Positions 22,831 to 34,828 of a stretch of DNA of 64,000 nt are shown here, in pieces. The position numbers and the translations under genes were made by a program. The DNA comes from Amoebophrya sp. A120 (Eukaryota > Protista > Dinoflagellata): positions 7,735,882-7,799,881 of the forward strand of contig CAJINV010000003.1 of the NCBI GenBank assembly GCA_905178155.1. The letters run 5' to 3'. The notes under the pieces are model-generated. The model was not told the DNA's origin. It worked only from the letters and a program-made list of their open reading frames with translations, and ran no database searches. The first letter of the stretch is position 1, and each line of letters starts with the position of its first letter.

Positions 22831-23450
22831 TGATTTTTTTGCTGTGCGCTTTGTGTGTTTGTTGATGGTTTTCAATTTTAATCGTCGTCATGTTTCTTCT
22901 TTTTCGGTTTGTTGTTCAGGATGCTTTATTTTCTATCAACCCTCTAGCACTCATCGGTTCTTCGGGAGTCAGGTAGTTCTATGGAATCAAAAAACGGAAG
23001 TTATCGTTTTCCAGTATGCATAATTGTTTGCCCGATGTGATTTTCATTATTCAATTATGTTCTGTCTGCAGTGTGTGAAGATGCATAGAGGTGACGGGGG
23101 CAATTTGTGTCGTGGCTGTGGCACATGCAACGATAACCAATTGCGTACAATTTGTTAAATCCAGCTCCACAAATTGGATTTTACTGTCCGTCGTGGTCTT
23201 GCTAGATCGGTGGGTCGCAAATTGCCTCGAGCGCTGCATCTGCGTTTTGTGCTCGACTCCTTGCCTACCAGAACGAAAACTGCCAACTGTGTCACAATAG
23301 TCTGATTCGATCGTCTCCAGTGTCATGCAGAAAACGGATCATGGGAGAGAGTTGTCATCATGCCAATTGTAAGAAGTGCCTTACTTCTTATTGCCAACGT
23401 CGAGCAAGTCATACTTTTGTCGTGGACTAAATCGCGATACGCAGTGCACG

Positions 23451-26400
23451 TCATGAGGCAGGTTGAAAGCAGATTGCATTTTGGTAGGGATCCCTATCAA
23501 ATGTAAAAGTGTCTGGGTCTGGAAGATTGCCAGGTTTGTCATCATCATCATGTAGTGGACACCCGCTCCCAGCGCCACAGGTCAAGGATCCCCTCCCCGG
23601 GGGGTGGGCGTGCGAGGAAGCACTTTCGGCGACCCATGATGTCTTTGATGCATATTTTGAATGACCCATGATGTCTTTGATGCATGCCCTAGCATCACAG
23701 ATTTTTAGAGGACTTTGTGATGCCTCTACCGCATGAGAAATGCCCTCTCCACGTAGCACAAACTGGAGTCCTTTTGCTGGTCATGCAATACAAATTTTTT
23801 TTAGAATCCAGTTTAGAATCTTCCAGACCCAGACATTTTTACATTTGATAATCCCTTCCGTCGTCCAAAAGGTCTAGTTCGACGTAAACCTGTTCCAGCG
23901 CCTCTTTGCAGTTACCGATGCGGACGTCGATTGTGCGAGGGTCGTATTTCAGTTTTTTCACCTCGTTCAACGCCGACTCCAGTGCCAGTCGCTGTTTCAT
24001 TAGCTCTGCGTAGGTGCGCTGGCTCTGGTCGATGCTGCCTTGACGGGTGATAATTTCTCCGAACCGGTCATTCAGGTGGTTTAGTCGCACATTTAAAATC
24101 CGGAACTGCTTTGCAAGTGCGAGCAGAATGAATAACACCCCGAATATGGCCCACAAAAAGAGCAAGGTCATGCCGCCCCGCAGTCGATTTTTGAAACTGC
24201 CGTCAAGGATATTCATGAAGACGCCGGGTGCCAGCGTCCCCGCAGCGAAACCCAGCACATTGAAGGACGCTTGCGCCACCGCGCTTGCAGTCGCCCGGAA
24301 GTCGCTCCGAACCTTGTGTCATTTGGAAGCATCACTCTTCGAAAAGTAGGAAAAACTTCAAGTTTTATTCTCGGCATATAGTTTCGCGCTCTGTCTTTGG
24401 GACAGACACCGCAGCCGCAGGGTTGCGTGAACTATGTATCAAACTCTTTGTGTTTGTTGACTTGTGTAGAACAAAAAAAGCATCACGTGTTGTATGAAGC
24501 TTAGATAGCGTACCACGCTGAGCATCATGCCCGTGAGGGCAGGCACCATCGCGCCCCCGAAGAAGAGAAGGAACCACAACAGCACGACGACCGCGTAAAA
24601 TTGGCCCATATTTTTTCCGTGGGGAACAAACGCGGCGGCCACTCCGCAAGCGGTTGCGAGAAGCGCGGAGGTAAGTAAAGCCTGCATGGTGGAAATACGG
24701 GCGCGCAGCCCGTCGTAGCCCCCGATGGAATCGATGAAGAGGCCGCCGAATACTACTCCCAGCGCGGGGCCCGTGGCGGCTACAATCGAAAACGCTATAA
24801 TGACCGTGATCTTAAACGACTCCTCCTTTTCGCCAGGCGGTCGAAATACCTCTACCGTACTATCCAGGGGAAAACAGAAAGAAATCAGTGCACGGTGGCA
24901 ATTTTGGAACCGAAGCCCGGTTGGTTTTTCTTCTTGCACGTATCGCTATACATACAAGTTGAAGTGTTTTTTATTTCTTCTTTCACTACCGTTGCTTGTT
25001 GCACCCTTGCCGATTCATGCACAGCAGGGAAATGGCCGTATCACAAAATCTTTCCGGCATAGAAGTAGATGGTCGCCCAGTACTGCACGCCGGTAACGAC
25101 GAAGTACAGTACCGAGAGCGTCAAAATGCACAGCACGAAAACTGTGTTCCGGCGCAGCCGCATCACGCGCCGCAGCATGGACGGAGGCGCGGGGGTAAAT
25201 TGAGTGTTTGTTGAGAGTGTACTAATGCGAAGGTTCCTGTCCTTGTTTAGTTCATTTCTTCCGAGGGCGGAAGACGTTGCGGAGCTAGAGTGCGCCAGCA
25301 TCTTGTTCGTTCGCACAGGATCATCATCCGCTGCTTCCGGGCTTTCCTGTGCCGTTCCCTCCTGGTCGGCCGGGGAATGAGCTTTATTCGACCCTTCAGA
25401 AATAGGGGGGAAATCGGGGTGATCGCGCGACGAGGGCGGCTGGTTGCAGCCGTCCAGATGGGCAACGATGTCGTCGAGCGATCCGTTAGTTTCGCCAGCG
25501 GGCGTGTTCTTCTCGCTTTGCCACATGCGCTGCAAGTCCACAAACTCAAAGCTGCGATTGCTCTCTAGGACCGAAGGCGAATTCATCAGCTTGGCCTTCA
25601 GAGTCATCGAACAGAAAAACGATTCGCAGTTGCATCTCAGTATCTACTTTGGTGCCGCACGGACGGCCGCAGCAGGATTCAACATGCAAAAGGATCCACA
25701 ATTCGTCATTTTTTGATGTCGGGCTCGTCGTCCTGCACAAAAAGATACGTGTAATACATCGAGATGCGCACCATTTTGTTTTTCGGATACGGGTGCGCGG
25801 TGCAGGGCCCGACGAACGCGACGCCTGCGTCGCCGCACTTTGCCTTACGTTATCCGTGTTGTCGGGCTTCCTTTTGGCGGGCGAAATAAACTGATCCCGC
25901 CATTTGGCCATCGCTGGAGAGGACCATGGATTGTCGACGAAGCGCACGGACGTGAAAAACAGGAAAATGAGCAGGATCCCCAGGGAGATGCATTGGACGT
26001 GTGTATGGAATTTCACCGCTGCAGGAACGAAGTGTTCGGCTTCATTTTTGTTTTCATCTTCTGATCAACATGTTTGCTATAACGAGCACAAGAAGCACAT
26101 GCCTCACACGGACACGGTCATTGGTTTTCATATTTTGCACTTCAATACATGTAGTCCGGATCAAATCTCGAAGTAGAGTTGTGGCTGACTTTAAAACGAG
26201 GAAGTTTCAGTTACTCGGCATGACCTTCGAGCATTGGCAGGGTGCCACAAGGCCTCCTTCGTTCTGCTGCTACTCCTTCAGCTCCTTAACTCATGGCGTA
26301 CGACCAGTGAACCTCGGCGGAGACCAGCAAACCGGCTACGAGGTACCTGAAAAAAAGGAACGTGCCAGGTCGAAATCTGCGTGATAGCATCATGAGCAAT

Positions 26401-27804
26401 GACATCGACCCTTTATCTGAGCAATAAGTAGGCCAACCTTGTTGTCCCTAATGGTACAGAGACCGGTAGAAAAAACAAATGACATTCACTCACTTTAAGT
26501 TGTTGGAGATGAAAATGTAGTCTGTTTTATATACCCGAGCATAACTCCGAGGGGCACGCCGACCTGAAGCAGGGCAACCCAGAGCGTTTTTGTATCTAAG
26601 GGTGCAAATTCCTCTACCCACACTGTGGAGTAGATCACGAAGGGCGCCTGCGTGAAGCCGATAAAGCCGCGGGCCACCAGGAGATGCCAGTATTCACTCG
26701 CGAACGCGAGAAGCGCGCAGAACATGGCATTGAACAAGAGGGCAAAGATGAGAATGGTTTTCTGCGAATATTTGTTCAACAGGAACCCGAAGATGGGCGC
26801 CGCCACGGTGATCCCGAGGTAGGGAATGCAACCCAAGGTGCCCAACGCGCTGGGTTCCAGGTCGAACTCCTCTTTAATGATCTCCAGCACGGACGGAATG
26901 GCGCCGCTGTCGTAGTTCACAAAGGCCTGGATCGTATGAGAGCACACAACTCCCCCTCCCCCTCATTTGTACCGCATGAACGCCAGCAATAGAAACAACA
27001 GCACACGTGGAGGGTGTGCATGACAAGTTCATGCGCCGAATGTAGTAAGTAGCAGTACTTCTATTTGGGCTTCATGCATAATAAGTAGAGGTGACACAAC
27101 GGAACAACTGGAGTTGTGAATTTTGCATCAGAAATGAGAACGAGGGGGTGGAGTTGTGCACTCGGATAGATCAGCAGCAGAAGCCGGAAGGTGTGCCGAA
27201 CGGCCTTGCGCTCCTCGCGGGGGTGGCCGCAATGGGCCCGCCCAAGCGCTGGCGTGGATACGGCCGGCTCTGGGTAGTGTGGAACAATCGCAAGATGATC
27301 TGCTTGATGTAGTTCATCGCTGTCTTTGACGAAGACTTGTAGTTCTTCTTGTTGTTGCGCCGCCCCAAGGTCTGTTACAACTTCGACAACCGGAACGGCA
27401 ACACTTTGGCTGTTGGCGGCAAGATTGTCGGTGTCAATGTTGAGACCCGCGCGCCGGGAGTTGCTAGCGGAGGACGACGAGGAACGGCCCGCTTCCTCCG
27501 TTCCCGGCGGCGGGTAAATGGTTCCACTCTCCCCGCCCGGCACCAGTTCGACCTCAACTCCTGCAACATCCAGGGGCGGGGGTGATGTCGACGTGCCCCC
27601 GCTGACCATTCTATTTGGGAACAATCGGTTTCGGGTCTGCGAAGAACTCTGGCTGCCCGCTCGGCGCGTGGTGGAACGACGTTCCGTGCTGTCGTTCCGT
27701 ACTGCCGTACTATATTCTTCTTGTTCTCGTCCCCAACAACTACTGCTGTGCTCGCTCAGGAGTGTCTGGCGGGTAGCTTCGCGCGCAGTGCCGTCATGGA
27801 GCAT
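23451..27804 (-). CDS. Spinster-like MFS transporter, multi-exon
   Basis: Exons: IQAFVNYDSGAIPSVL..LLVARGFIGFTQAPFVIYSTVWVEEFAP; LSVLYFVVTGVQYWATIYF; ATGPALGVVFGGLFID; MLSV|VRSDFRATASAVAQASFNVLGFAAG. The last exon follows the element at 23495-23850. Confidence 0.82.
23495..23850 (-). mobile_element. TIR introner-like element (CCAGACCCAGAC family), 356 bp, TSD ATCCC (+ strand)
   Basis: About 30-bp near-perfect TIR TATCAAATGTAAAA(G/A)TGTCTGGGTCTGGAAG. ATCCC at 23490-23494 and 23851-23855. Internal 23-bp direct repeat GACCCATGATGTCTTTGATGCAT. Removal gives DDGRDPYQN. Confidence 0.93.
24861..25061 (-). mobile_element. Probable degenerate TAT...ATA element acting as an intron in the MFS gene
   Basis: Begins TATCCAGGGGAAA and ends TTTCCGGCATA, between two MFS exons. 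No intact TSD. Confidence 0.4.
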
Positions 27805-28333
27805 GCTCGGCGCTTTCGGTCATTCGCACGAGCAGCAGTATTCGGGAACAGCAACAGACATCAAACGGGGAGTTTTGAGGAAGGAATGAAGTAAGGAACT
27901 ATCAGCACATTGCATTTGCAGTCCCGACGTTCCGGGCGTGCCAGAAAGTAATAGTTTGGTATCGTCCGCATTTTTGCCAAAGAACGAATGGCGTAGTTGT
28001 GAAGCTGTTGACAAGTCTTAGTTGCAGTTGGTTCACATACTGAGATGCTGCAAGTATGTAAGTACACATGGAACTGGTATCTGATATCTGTGTCTTTTCG
28101 TCAGACGACCAGCGCATGTGGATATACCACTGGAAACAAATTACAAGAAAGAATAAGAAAGAAAGAAAGAAACGAAAACAACCGAACAAGGTGACGAGCG
28201 ATGTAAAAGCTGCCCACGAGGTATCTCCACAGGTTTTGACATGTGCGTGTTATTTGTGGCACTGACAGCCACAACAAGAAATATCTTGCAAAAAAGTATA
28301 CGCGCGGCGTCTGCACGTTATTGATCGGTGAAT

Positions 28334-28669
28334 TCACCACGTACTGAGTTTTTTCTTTTTACTGGCAACAAAGTGCAATTTCGACCCGGATGAGCTACTT
28401 CCTGCTTTCTTTCCTTCCGTTTTCTGGCCCTCCTTTTCGTCCCTCCGCAGTTCGGTGTCAAGCTCCCGGAGCCTTTGGTGCTTGGCTTTCTGCTCCTCAC
28501 GAACACGGGCGAAGTTCCTCTTGCGGGTCTTGGCATCCTGGCAGCCGAAAAAACGCTGCTGCGGTCCTCGAGGAAGCAAGAGTGCCGAAAACGCAAATCG
28601 ATAGGTCGTCAGTGTCCTCGCGATGGTCAGAGAGGCTGGAGTCGCGGTGCAGCCCAACCACTTTAGCAT
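28334..28669 (-). CDS. Small basic hypothetical protein, possible mitochondrial presequence
   Basis: 111-aa ORF with an Arg/Thr/Leu-rich N-terminus followed by a charged helix. No homology recognised. Confidence 0.35.
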   Translation of the reverse strand: MLKWLGCTATPASLTIARTLTTYRFAFSALLLPRGPQQRFFGCQDAKTRKRNFARVREEQKAKHQRLRELDTELRRDEKEGQKTEGKKAGSSSSGSKLHFVASKKKKLSTW

Positions 28670-29181
28670 TCGATCTACAAGAACATATAGGCGGTTAGCG
28701 TGGATTCATGATTGTTTAGAAGTTAAACTAAAACGATCACGGTGCTCAGTGAAATAACGTAAGACTATCACCTTTCTTTTGAACATTTTCACGTATATGG
28801 ACGAAGTCGTTCAAGGCATCGCTCGAGCAGCGTCAAGGCTGGTCGTTCTTAGTGGTCGCATCTCTTGAAACCTACCCGGATTTCGCACGACTCAGAGATA
28901 ACTAAGTGTAAGGTTGATTGCAACACGAAGACTTCTCAATATCGTCACGACGAGGAACAAAAGTATGCATCGAAGTTGATTTCGGTGTCGTGGGTATCTT
29001 AGAGGTCGTTCGTCCGTTTCCTCTTGTCGTACTTCTTGATCTTCTTATCTACTCCGTTCTTGCATGATATTCTTCACTCTACTATACTTGTTTCGGGAGT
29101 TGTACTTCAGAATTGCCAGCAGATATGAGAGAAAAGGATCATCGTATTGAAAATGTGTTGCTGGACGAACGTAGAAGTCAG

Positions 29182-30765
29182 TTACATGGATTCCCTGCGT
29201 CCAATTTCTGCACCAGCGGTACTATTGGTTGCAATGCCGGTCTGGCTGCGTGTCGGATCTCCGAAAAGCACATCGAGGCTCCCTTTGGTCAAAACAAAAC
29301 GCTTTCGGCCCGCTTCGGTCCTTCTGCTACTCACCAGAGCTAGCGCTTCGGAAGAGTCGCTTCGTGCCAGAGGCCCCCGCGTGAGCCCTCCAGCATGAAA
29401 GACTGCGCCGTGGTCCGACATAGAAGCTGGGGGCGGTTGGTCTGCTGCCCGGGAGGAGGAGCCTTTGTCTCCCCCAACTCCGGACGAGGTTTTGTGCTCG
29501 TCACCTTGCAAAATGAGCGCCTCGCAGTTCTCCGGGTTTCGCATGCGCAGGAAGGTCTCCCAGTTCCAGTTCATCCATTTCATGAGGGCGACCCGCATGG
29601 CTAAGCCGTGGGTAACGATCAGGGCTACTTGTCCCTCCATCTCGGGGTGAGACCGGAAGTCGCGCCAGATGGTATGAAAGAAGAGACTCACCCGGTCAAA
29701 CACGTCGGCGCTGCTCTCGCCGCCCCGCGGCCGCGAGAAGAACCGGCCCGCGGACATGGACGTTTCTTCGCCGGTCCAGCCGAACGGCAGTTCGCGCTCG
29801 CGGATGCGCGGGTCCTCGATCACCCGAGCGATCTCGATGCCCTGCTCCTGCAGCGACTCCGCAACGTGCTGCGCGGTCTGCCGGGTGCGCACGTAGGGGG
29901 AGCAGTAGAGAAAGACCTTCTTGTGTACTTTCTGAGTCGTGCTCGCATTGATCATTTTCTGTACTTGTAGTTGCAGCTCGTTTGGAGGGACATCTGCCGC
30001 TCCGACGGGGGCGCCGCTTTTAATATTTCTGCTTGAGGACGAGTTTGCTGTGCCTGTAGTCCTTGCGGTCGTGCAAGATGTAGCTGTACTCGTCGTCGTG
30101 TTGGTTTTATTAGTTGTTACGGGAGGGCCGCTGCTGGTCAGGGTCGTGGCGCTCGTTTGCAAGTTTGTCGTCGTCGCAGGCTGGTGGGCACCAGCACCTT
30201 CTTGTTGCAGGAGCAAAAGTTCGTCGAGCGTATTCGCGTCAGCGGGTGCTTGTTGATGCAGTTTATGGATGACTTTCGCGAGCCGCTGGCCCGCCTGCTT
30301 TGCCTGCAGCACGCCCGTTGGCGTGAGTTCTATGTAGGTATTGAGAGGAAAAATCCCCCCTCCCCATATTGAAAAGGTAAGTTTAGAAAAATTTGCGTTG
30401 CGGATTTGAGGTCACAAATCACATCTGTCTTGCAAGAAGACAAGGGCAGAAGCTTCCGCCCCATTATGAAAGCAATTTGCCATGCTGCTGGGCCTAAAGG
30501 GGAATCGTTTGCCATGCTGAACAGCTAGACACGTGCGCCTCTACCTAGCCTGGGGACCTGGCCGCAGTGCCTCTCTGCAATACAAAGCTGATTTGTGGCC
30601 CCAAATCAGCATCACAAATTTCCGTTTTGATATGGGGTGGGAGGATTTTTCATTTTGATAGTAGGGGTCGCCCTTGGAGGAGTAGAGAGACGGGTCCACA
30701 TTGGCTTCGCTCTCGCCGTGACGCAGGAACACGATCGCGGACGGGTTATCCTGAGTAAAATCCAT
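29182..30765 (-). CDS. Histidine phosphatase / phosphoglycerate mutase family protein, 2 exons
   Basis: FLRHGESEAN...KGDPY|IELTPTGVLQAKQAG; YCSPYVRTRQTA; EDPRIRERE; GGESSADVFDRV; LIVTHG; NPENC. Confidence 0.9.
30339..30660 (-). mobile_element. TIR introner-like element, 322 bp, TSD GTAGG (+ strand)
   Basis: About 44-bp imperfect TIR: TATTGAGAGGAAAAATCCCCCCTCCCCATATTGAAAA versus TATCAAAATGAAAAATCCTCCCACCCCATATCAAAAC. GTAGG at 30334-30338 and 30661-30665. Removal rebuilds the conserved D..LT..G..QA motif. Confidence 0.92.
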
Positions 30766-31074
30766 CGTCTACACCCCAGATTTTATTTCATGCAATTCTG
30801 CATGCTCAGGATGTTTCTCATGCGCAGCTTGCTTCATGAGGAGCATTTGTTTTGGAACAATTGGAGTACGGCTTGCTATAACCAGCATGAAAAGAACGAT
30901 CGCGATTTTTTGTGACACGCACGCATTAGGTAAAAATCTTGACTGCGCTGCGAGCAGTCCACCCGTTGCGCAACAGCGAAAGCGTGTTGATGTGTGTACG
31001 TACACAAGCCACCAAGTTCTTTTTGCTAAGCACCCATCTTGACAGACTATGGGGTGATGTCGTGGGCCGCGTTT

Positions 31075-31344
31075 TTACTTCGGATACGGGTAGTAGCTGC
31101 GGTGGGCGTCATGCACGTGCTTCACCTGCTTCTCCAACTCGCCCACTCGCTTTTGAAGTGTGTGCGTGAGGTTTCGGTCCCGAAAAAGCAGCACCGAGAA
31201 AAATGCGAGGCACAGGAGTGCGACAAGGGAGGCCCCGATCGTCGGGACGGCGCGCAGATCCAGCGGCGGGAATAATCTTCCCGCATCGGGTTCGTGCAAG
31301 AACACCGAGTCGACAATGAGGTGCCACATGTCGCTCAGATCCAT
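31075..31344 (-). CDS. Small single-pass membrane protein with coiled coil
   Basis: 89-aa ORF with hydrophobic IGASLVALLCLAFFSVLLF followed by a heptad-like segment. Confidence 0.45.
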   Translation of the reverse strand: MDLSDMWHLIVDSVFLHEPDAGRLFPPLDLRAVPTIGASLVALLCLAFFSVLLFRDRNLTHTLQKRVGELEKQVKHVHDAHRSYYPYPK

Positions 31345-32287
31345 AATCGTGGTGCTCCTCTCTACAATTCATAACACCATCGATGGAATAATCATAACTC
31401 CACAATTCAGAACATATTCAGATCATCCTCCTCCATTGCTGTTTCATTCGACTGGTTGCTCGTGGAAGTGGCTGCGAGATACCGGACAAACGCTTCAAAA
31501 TCGTCGTCCGTTTCTTTTGGTGGGATGATTTCCACGTTTTCTGGGTGCGGTAGTTCGAAAATCCGGTCCGGGCCGGTGTAGACAGACGCGGAGTCAGATA
31601 AATCAAGTTCTTCGTCGAAAAACAACCGTCTGCGCGTGCCGTTTTGCACCTGTACCAGGTGAATTCCAGAGCCGCTGAAATTGGTTGCGAAAGTACTGCT
31701 CGTCCCGTTGGAACTCGTAGTTGTCGTGTTTTCCCCTAGTGAAGAAGATGTTGGCCCAGAGTCGTCGTCGTCAAACAGGGATAATGATAAACGGCTGCCA
31801 GCGCTGGCGTTTGTGGTATTACCGGAAGATGATGTGTTGAAAGCGCTGAAGTCTTCGTCTTCATCCACCAGCGAGGTCCGGGAAGCAGAGGTACTAGTTT
31901 CATTAGTAACATTGGTCGCATTCACATCAATCGTGCTATCGACCACAGCCGCCTCCTCCTCCTATCCAAGAAAAAAACATTGTAGGTGTAACTTTTTTGG
32001 AGGAACAGCATTACAAATTTGTCTGGCATGACAGCAAAAACCTGTCATGCGCAGATAGTATGTGAAAACGCCCTTTGATGGGCCCTACGATGCATGCCAA
32101 GCACGACAGACGCAATCACCTTGCATGTTGCGCATCACAAATTTACACTAACAACGTTTTTTTCCTGCATACCTCCGGCGCGGAAACTACCGTCGTCGTC
32201 CCCCCGTCCACACTGACCGCCAGCACTGACAGTTTCCCGCATCGGGTTCGTGCAAGAACACCGAGTCGACAATGAGTTGCCACATGT
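31278..32287. repeat. 54-bp direct repeat pair (31278-31331 and 32234-32287), one mismatch
   Basis: TTCCCGCATCGGGTTCGTGCAAGAACACCGAGTCGACAATGAG[G/T]TGCCACATGT read at both positions. Confidence 0.9.
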
Positions 32288-32300
32288 TACTATCTAACAT
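31407..32300 (-). CDS. Ser/Thr/Asp-rich hypothetical protein with many NxS/T sites; 5' end unresolved
   Basis: ORF 31407-31946 extends upstream across the element at 31963-32171 (VVSAPE|EEAAVVDST). Confidence 0.45.
31963..32171 (-). mobile_element. TIR introner-like element, 209 bp, TSD CCTCC (+ strand)
   Basis: Ends TATCCAAGAAAAAAACATTGTAGGTGTAA and TTACACTAACAACGTTTTTTTCCTGCATA. CCTCC at 31958-31962 and 32172-32176. Confidence 0.88.
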
Positions 32301-32893
32301 CTTGCACTGACTGTCATTTGGGAGATGATGATGATGTTGGCAGAAAGGAGATGAAAAACAAGAAGCGATGAAATGATGCGTGCTACTTACATATTCCACG
32401 GCGCTCCTGCCTCCAAGGCAGAGCTACTGTAACGTGGGCCGTGGAGGGAAAATTGATATGGCTCTACAAATGATGTTGAGCTTGAAGGAGCTTGAAGGCG
32501 ACACTCTTCCTGAATGTAGGACTCGAATAAAAATTATGAACAAACACAAACAGACTGTATGATTTTGCTTGTAATATGCTCATCTTAGCAGTACTAAGTT
32601 AAAAACGATTTCTACAAGCAAAAAGCGCTGCCATCAATGGATCGTAAAACAGACAACAGAAAGCTTTCTCATTTCAAGCTGGAATTCTTCGAATGCACAA
32701 AAGAAGAAAGGTTATCAGAACTTTCCGTTAGAGGAATGAGATGAGAAGTGAAGTCATGTCGTTACTGGAAACTGACATCTTCTGTGGCACGGGAACCAAC
32801 AAAACTCCTGCAGGGTGGCAAGATTTTTTCTTTCCGGTTGTGTGTATCTGCCTTGTTAACTTCGCGAGGAATTTATCAGTGTATTGATGAATT

Positions 32894-34828
32894 CTAAAGA
32901 AAGTCGGTTTCTTCCTGCAGTAATTGGTCGTCGCGGACGAGGAGCGGATCGATTGCGGCTGTTTCCGGAAACAGCGCGCTCGTTTCATTACAATGAAAAA
33001 TGCCCCCCACTCCAGCACTTGGCAGCATTTGTATATGCAAACTTTTCCAATAGAAACATTCCCCGTCTTGCATATATCAGCATCACAAATTTTCCATGCT
33101 GAATAGCTCAAATTTGTGTTGCAAAGGAGCCCAACAGCAGGCGGATCTGCTATGCAGCAGATGCCTTGCGTGCCTAGATTCTGCATCAGAGAGGCTCAGA
33201 GTCCTTTCATGCAAGACAAAAACAAAAAGCTTTCATTTGGAAACTTTGCATGAGAAACTTTTGCAAGATCCGGGGTGGGGGCATTCTTCACTTGAATACG
33301 TTTGATGCCGACACTCCCGGCCGTAGTACACGGGCTGGGAACTGGCGTCCACCGGGCGCTGCCGAAATTCGTGGTAGTTCCAATCGGGGTCGTAGCGGTC
33401 TAAATAGAGGAACTCCCCTGACAGCGACACGCCCGCAACGACACAGAGCACCGCGTCGCCAACGGCGACGGTCTGTAAGCGGCCCAACGCCGACGGCGTG
33501 CTGGTCACGCCTGTGCGGCCAAGATTCAGCTTCCAATACACCGCTTTGTTGCGCGCCGCGTGGCTCCCGGACTGCGCGCAGCACAGCGCCCAAAGGACCG
33601 TGCCGATCTTGGCCGCATCGCTTGGCTTGCTTAGATGCAAGTTGAACTCCGGGTATTGCAGGCACTGTTTTTCGGTTTGCGATACGATCTTCCGTTCTAC
33701 CGCCCTGGCTGCGTTGTGTTCCAGTTCCAGTGGTTCGAAAAGATCAGGACGCCGTGCTGCTAACGCACGGTTTTGGCGGTCGTACAAGTCGCGGAGGCGG
33801 TGACACCCATGTACTGCATACTTCACGAGTTCGCCAGTGAGCGGACGCCTCCGCCACAGTGTGCTGTCCTCCGCCATCTGACGTTTTACGCGCTGCAGAT
33901 ACGACGTCGAAGTGCTGCTGCCGTAATTTATATCGGGCTTTTCATCTTCTACTTTGGAATGTGCAGGCCGCGTGATGTCAGCACAGAAATCCGATCCTAC
34001 TGACAAAGATTGAGTGGCGCAGGATGGAAGGGTTGATATCATTGCAGCACTACCTTCAGCGGTTTCTCGTTCTCGCAACACTGATGTGGCACCGGTGCGA
34101 CAACTTTTGTCCATACTGCTGTTGCCCGTCTTACCGAAGTGGTCCGGTCTACTTGGGGAAATAAAGTGATCATTTTCACAAAGGAAGGAGAGGGCCTCTT
34201 GGAAGCCGGAATGCGTGCTCGCTGGATGGAGCAGTGCGTGCGCCACTTGGGTATCGTAGACTGCCCGAAGGCGGATGTGGTGCTGGTGCCGAAGCGCCGC
34301 GGCGTCTTCCCGACAGTCGTGTACAACTTTAACTACGGAGGCATCCTCCAGAAGGGTGCGGAACGCAGCGACTACTTGTCCATTTGCCGCCAGGGCGTCT
34401 ACGAGCCAGCACGATTTTCGAAGCTCTTCAACAAGACCTTCGCTTTCATCATGCGTCCGAACGCACGAAGCCGCCGCACTACGGTCACGCGTTTCCATCA
34501 CGCTGCACGGAGCAGAGGGTAGTTCTTGCATGGCGCCGCAGTCTTGTTCTACTTTCGCGCCGGTTTTCTGCATCCTCTCGATCTGTTTGTCTTCATACTG
34601 ATGGGCGGGCGCTTTTTCCCGGGGTGACAGAACGCAGATTTGAAGGCTACACAGCTGTCCAAACCGACCTAGTGCAACTCCCTCGCAGTCGAGTCCGATA
34701 ACGCGTGCCATGGAACGTATTCGCCGCGCGGCACGGGCGGCCTGCGCGACGGTGGAAACCAAGTGTACCTTCAACATGACCTGCTCAGAGAGATCTTCGT
34801 AATCGTGCGCAAAGTCTGACGGCTGCAT
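32894..34828 (-). CDS. DEDDy 3'-5' exonuclease domain protein (EXD1/Egalitarian-like), 2 exons
   Basis: VIGLDCEGVALGRFGQLCSLQI; KVVHDCREDAAAL..VYDTQVAH; LWRRRPLTGELVKYAV. Last exon ..HQTSALFPE..TDFL* follows the element. Confidence 0.83.
32986..33298 (-). mobile_element. TIR introner-like element, 313 bp, TSD CGTTT (+ strand)
   Basis: Ends CATTACAATGAAAAATGCCCCCCAC and GTGGGGGCATTCTTCACTTGAATA. CGTTT at 32981-32985 and 33299-33303. One terminus is CAT rather than TAT. Confidence 0.85.

Noticed and set aside
23839-24279. Stand-alone 146-aa membrane protein
   Set aside because: It joins the MFS gene through a GT-AG intron (MLSV|VRSDFRA).
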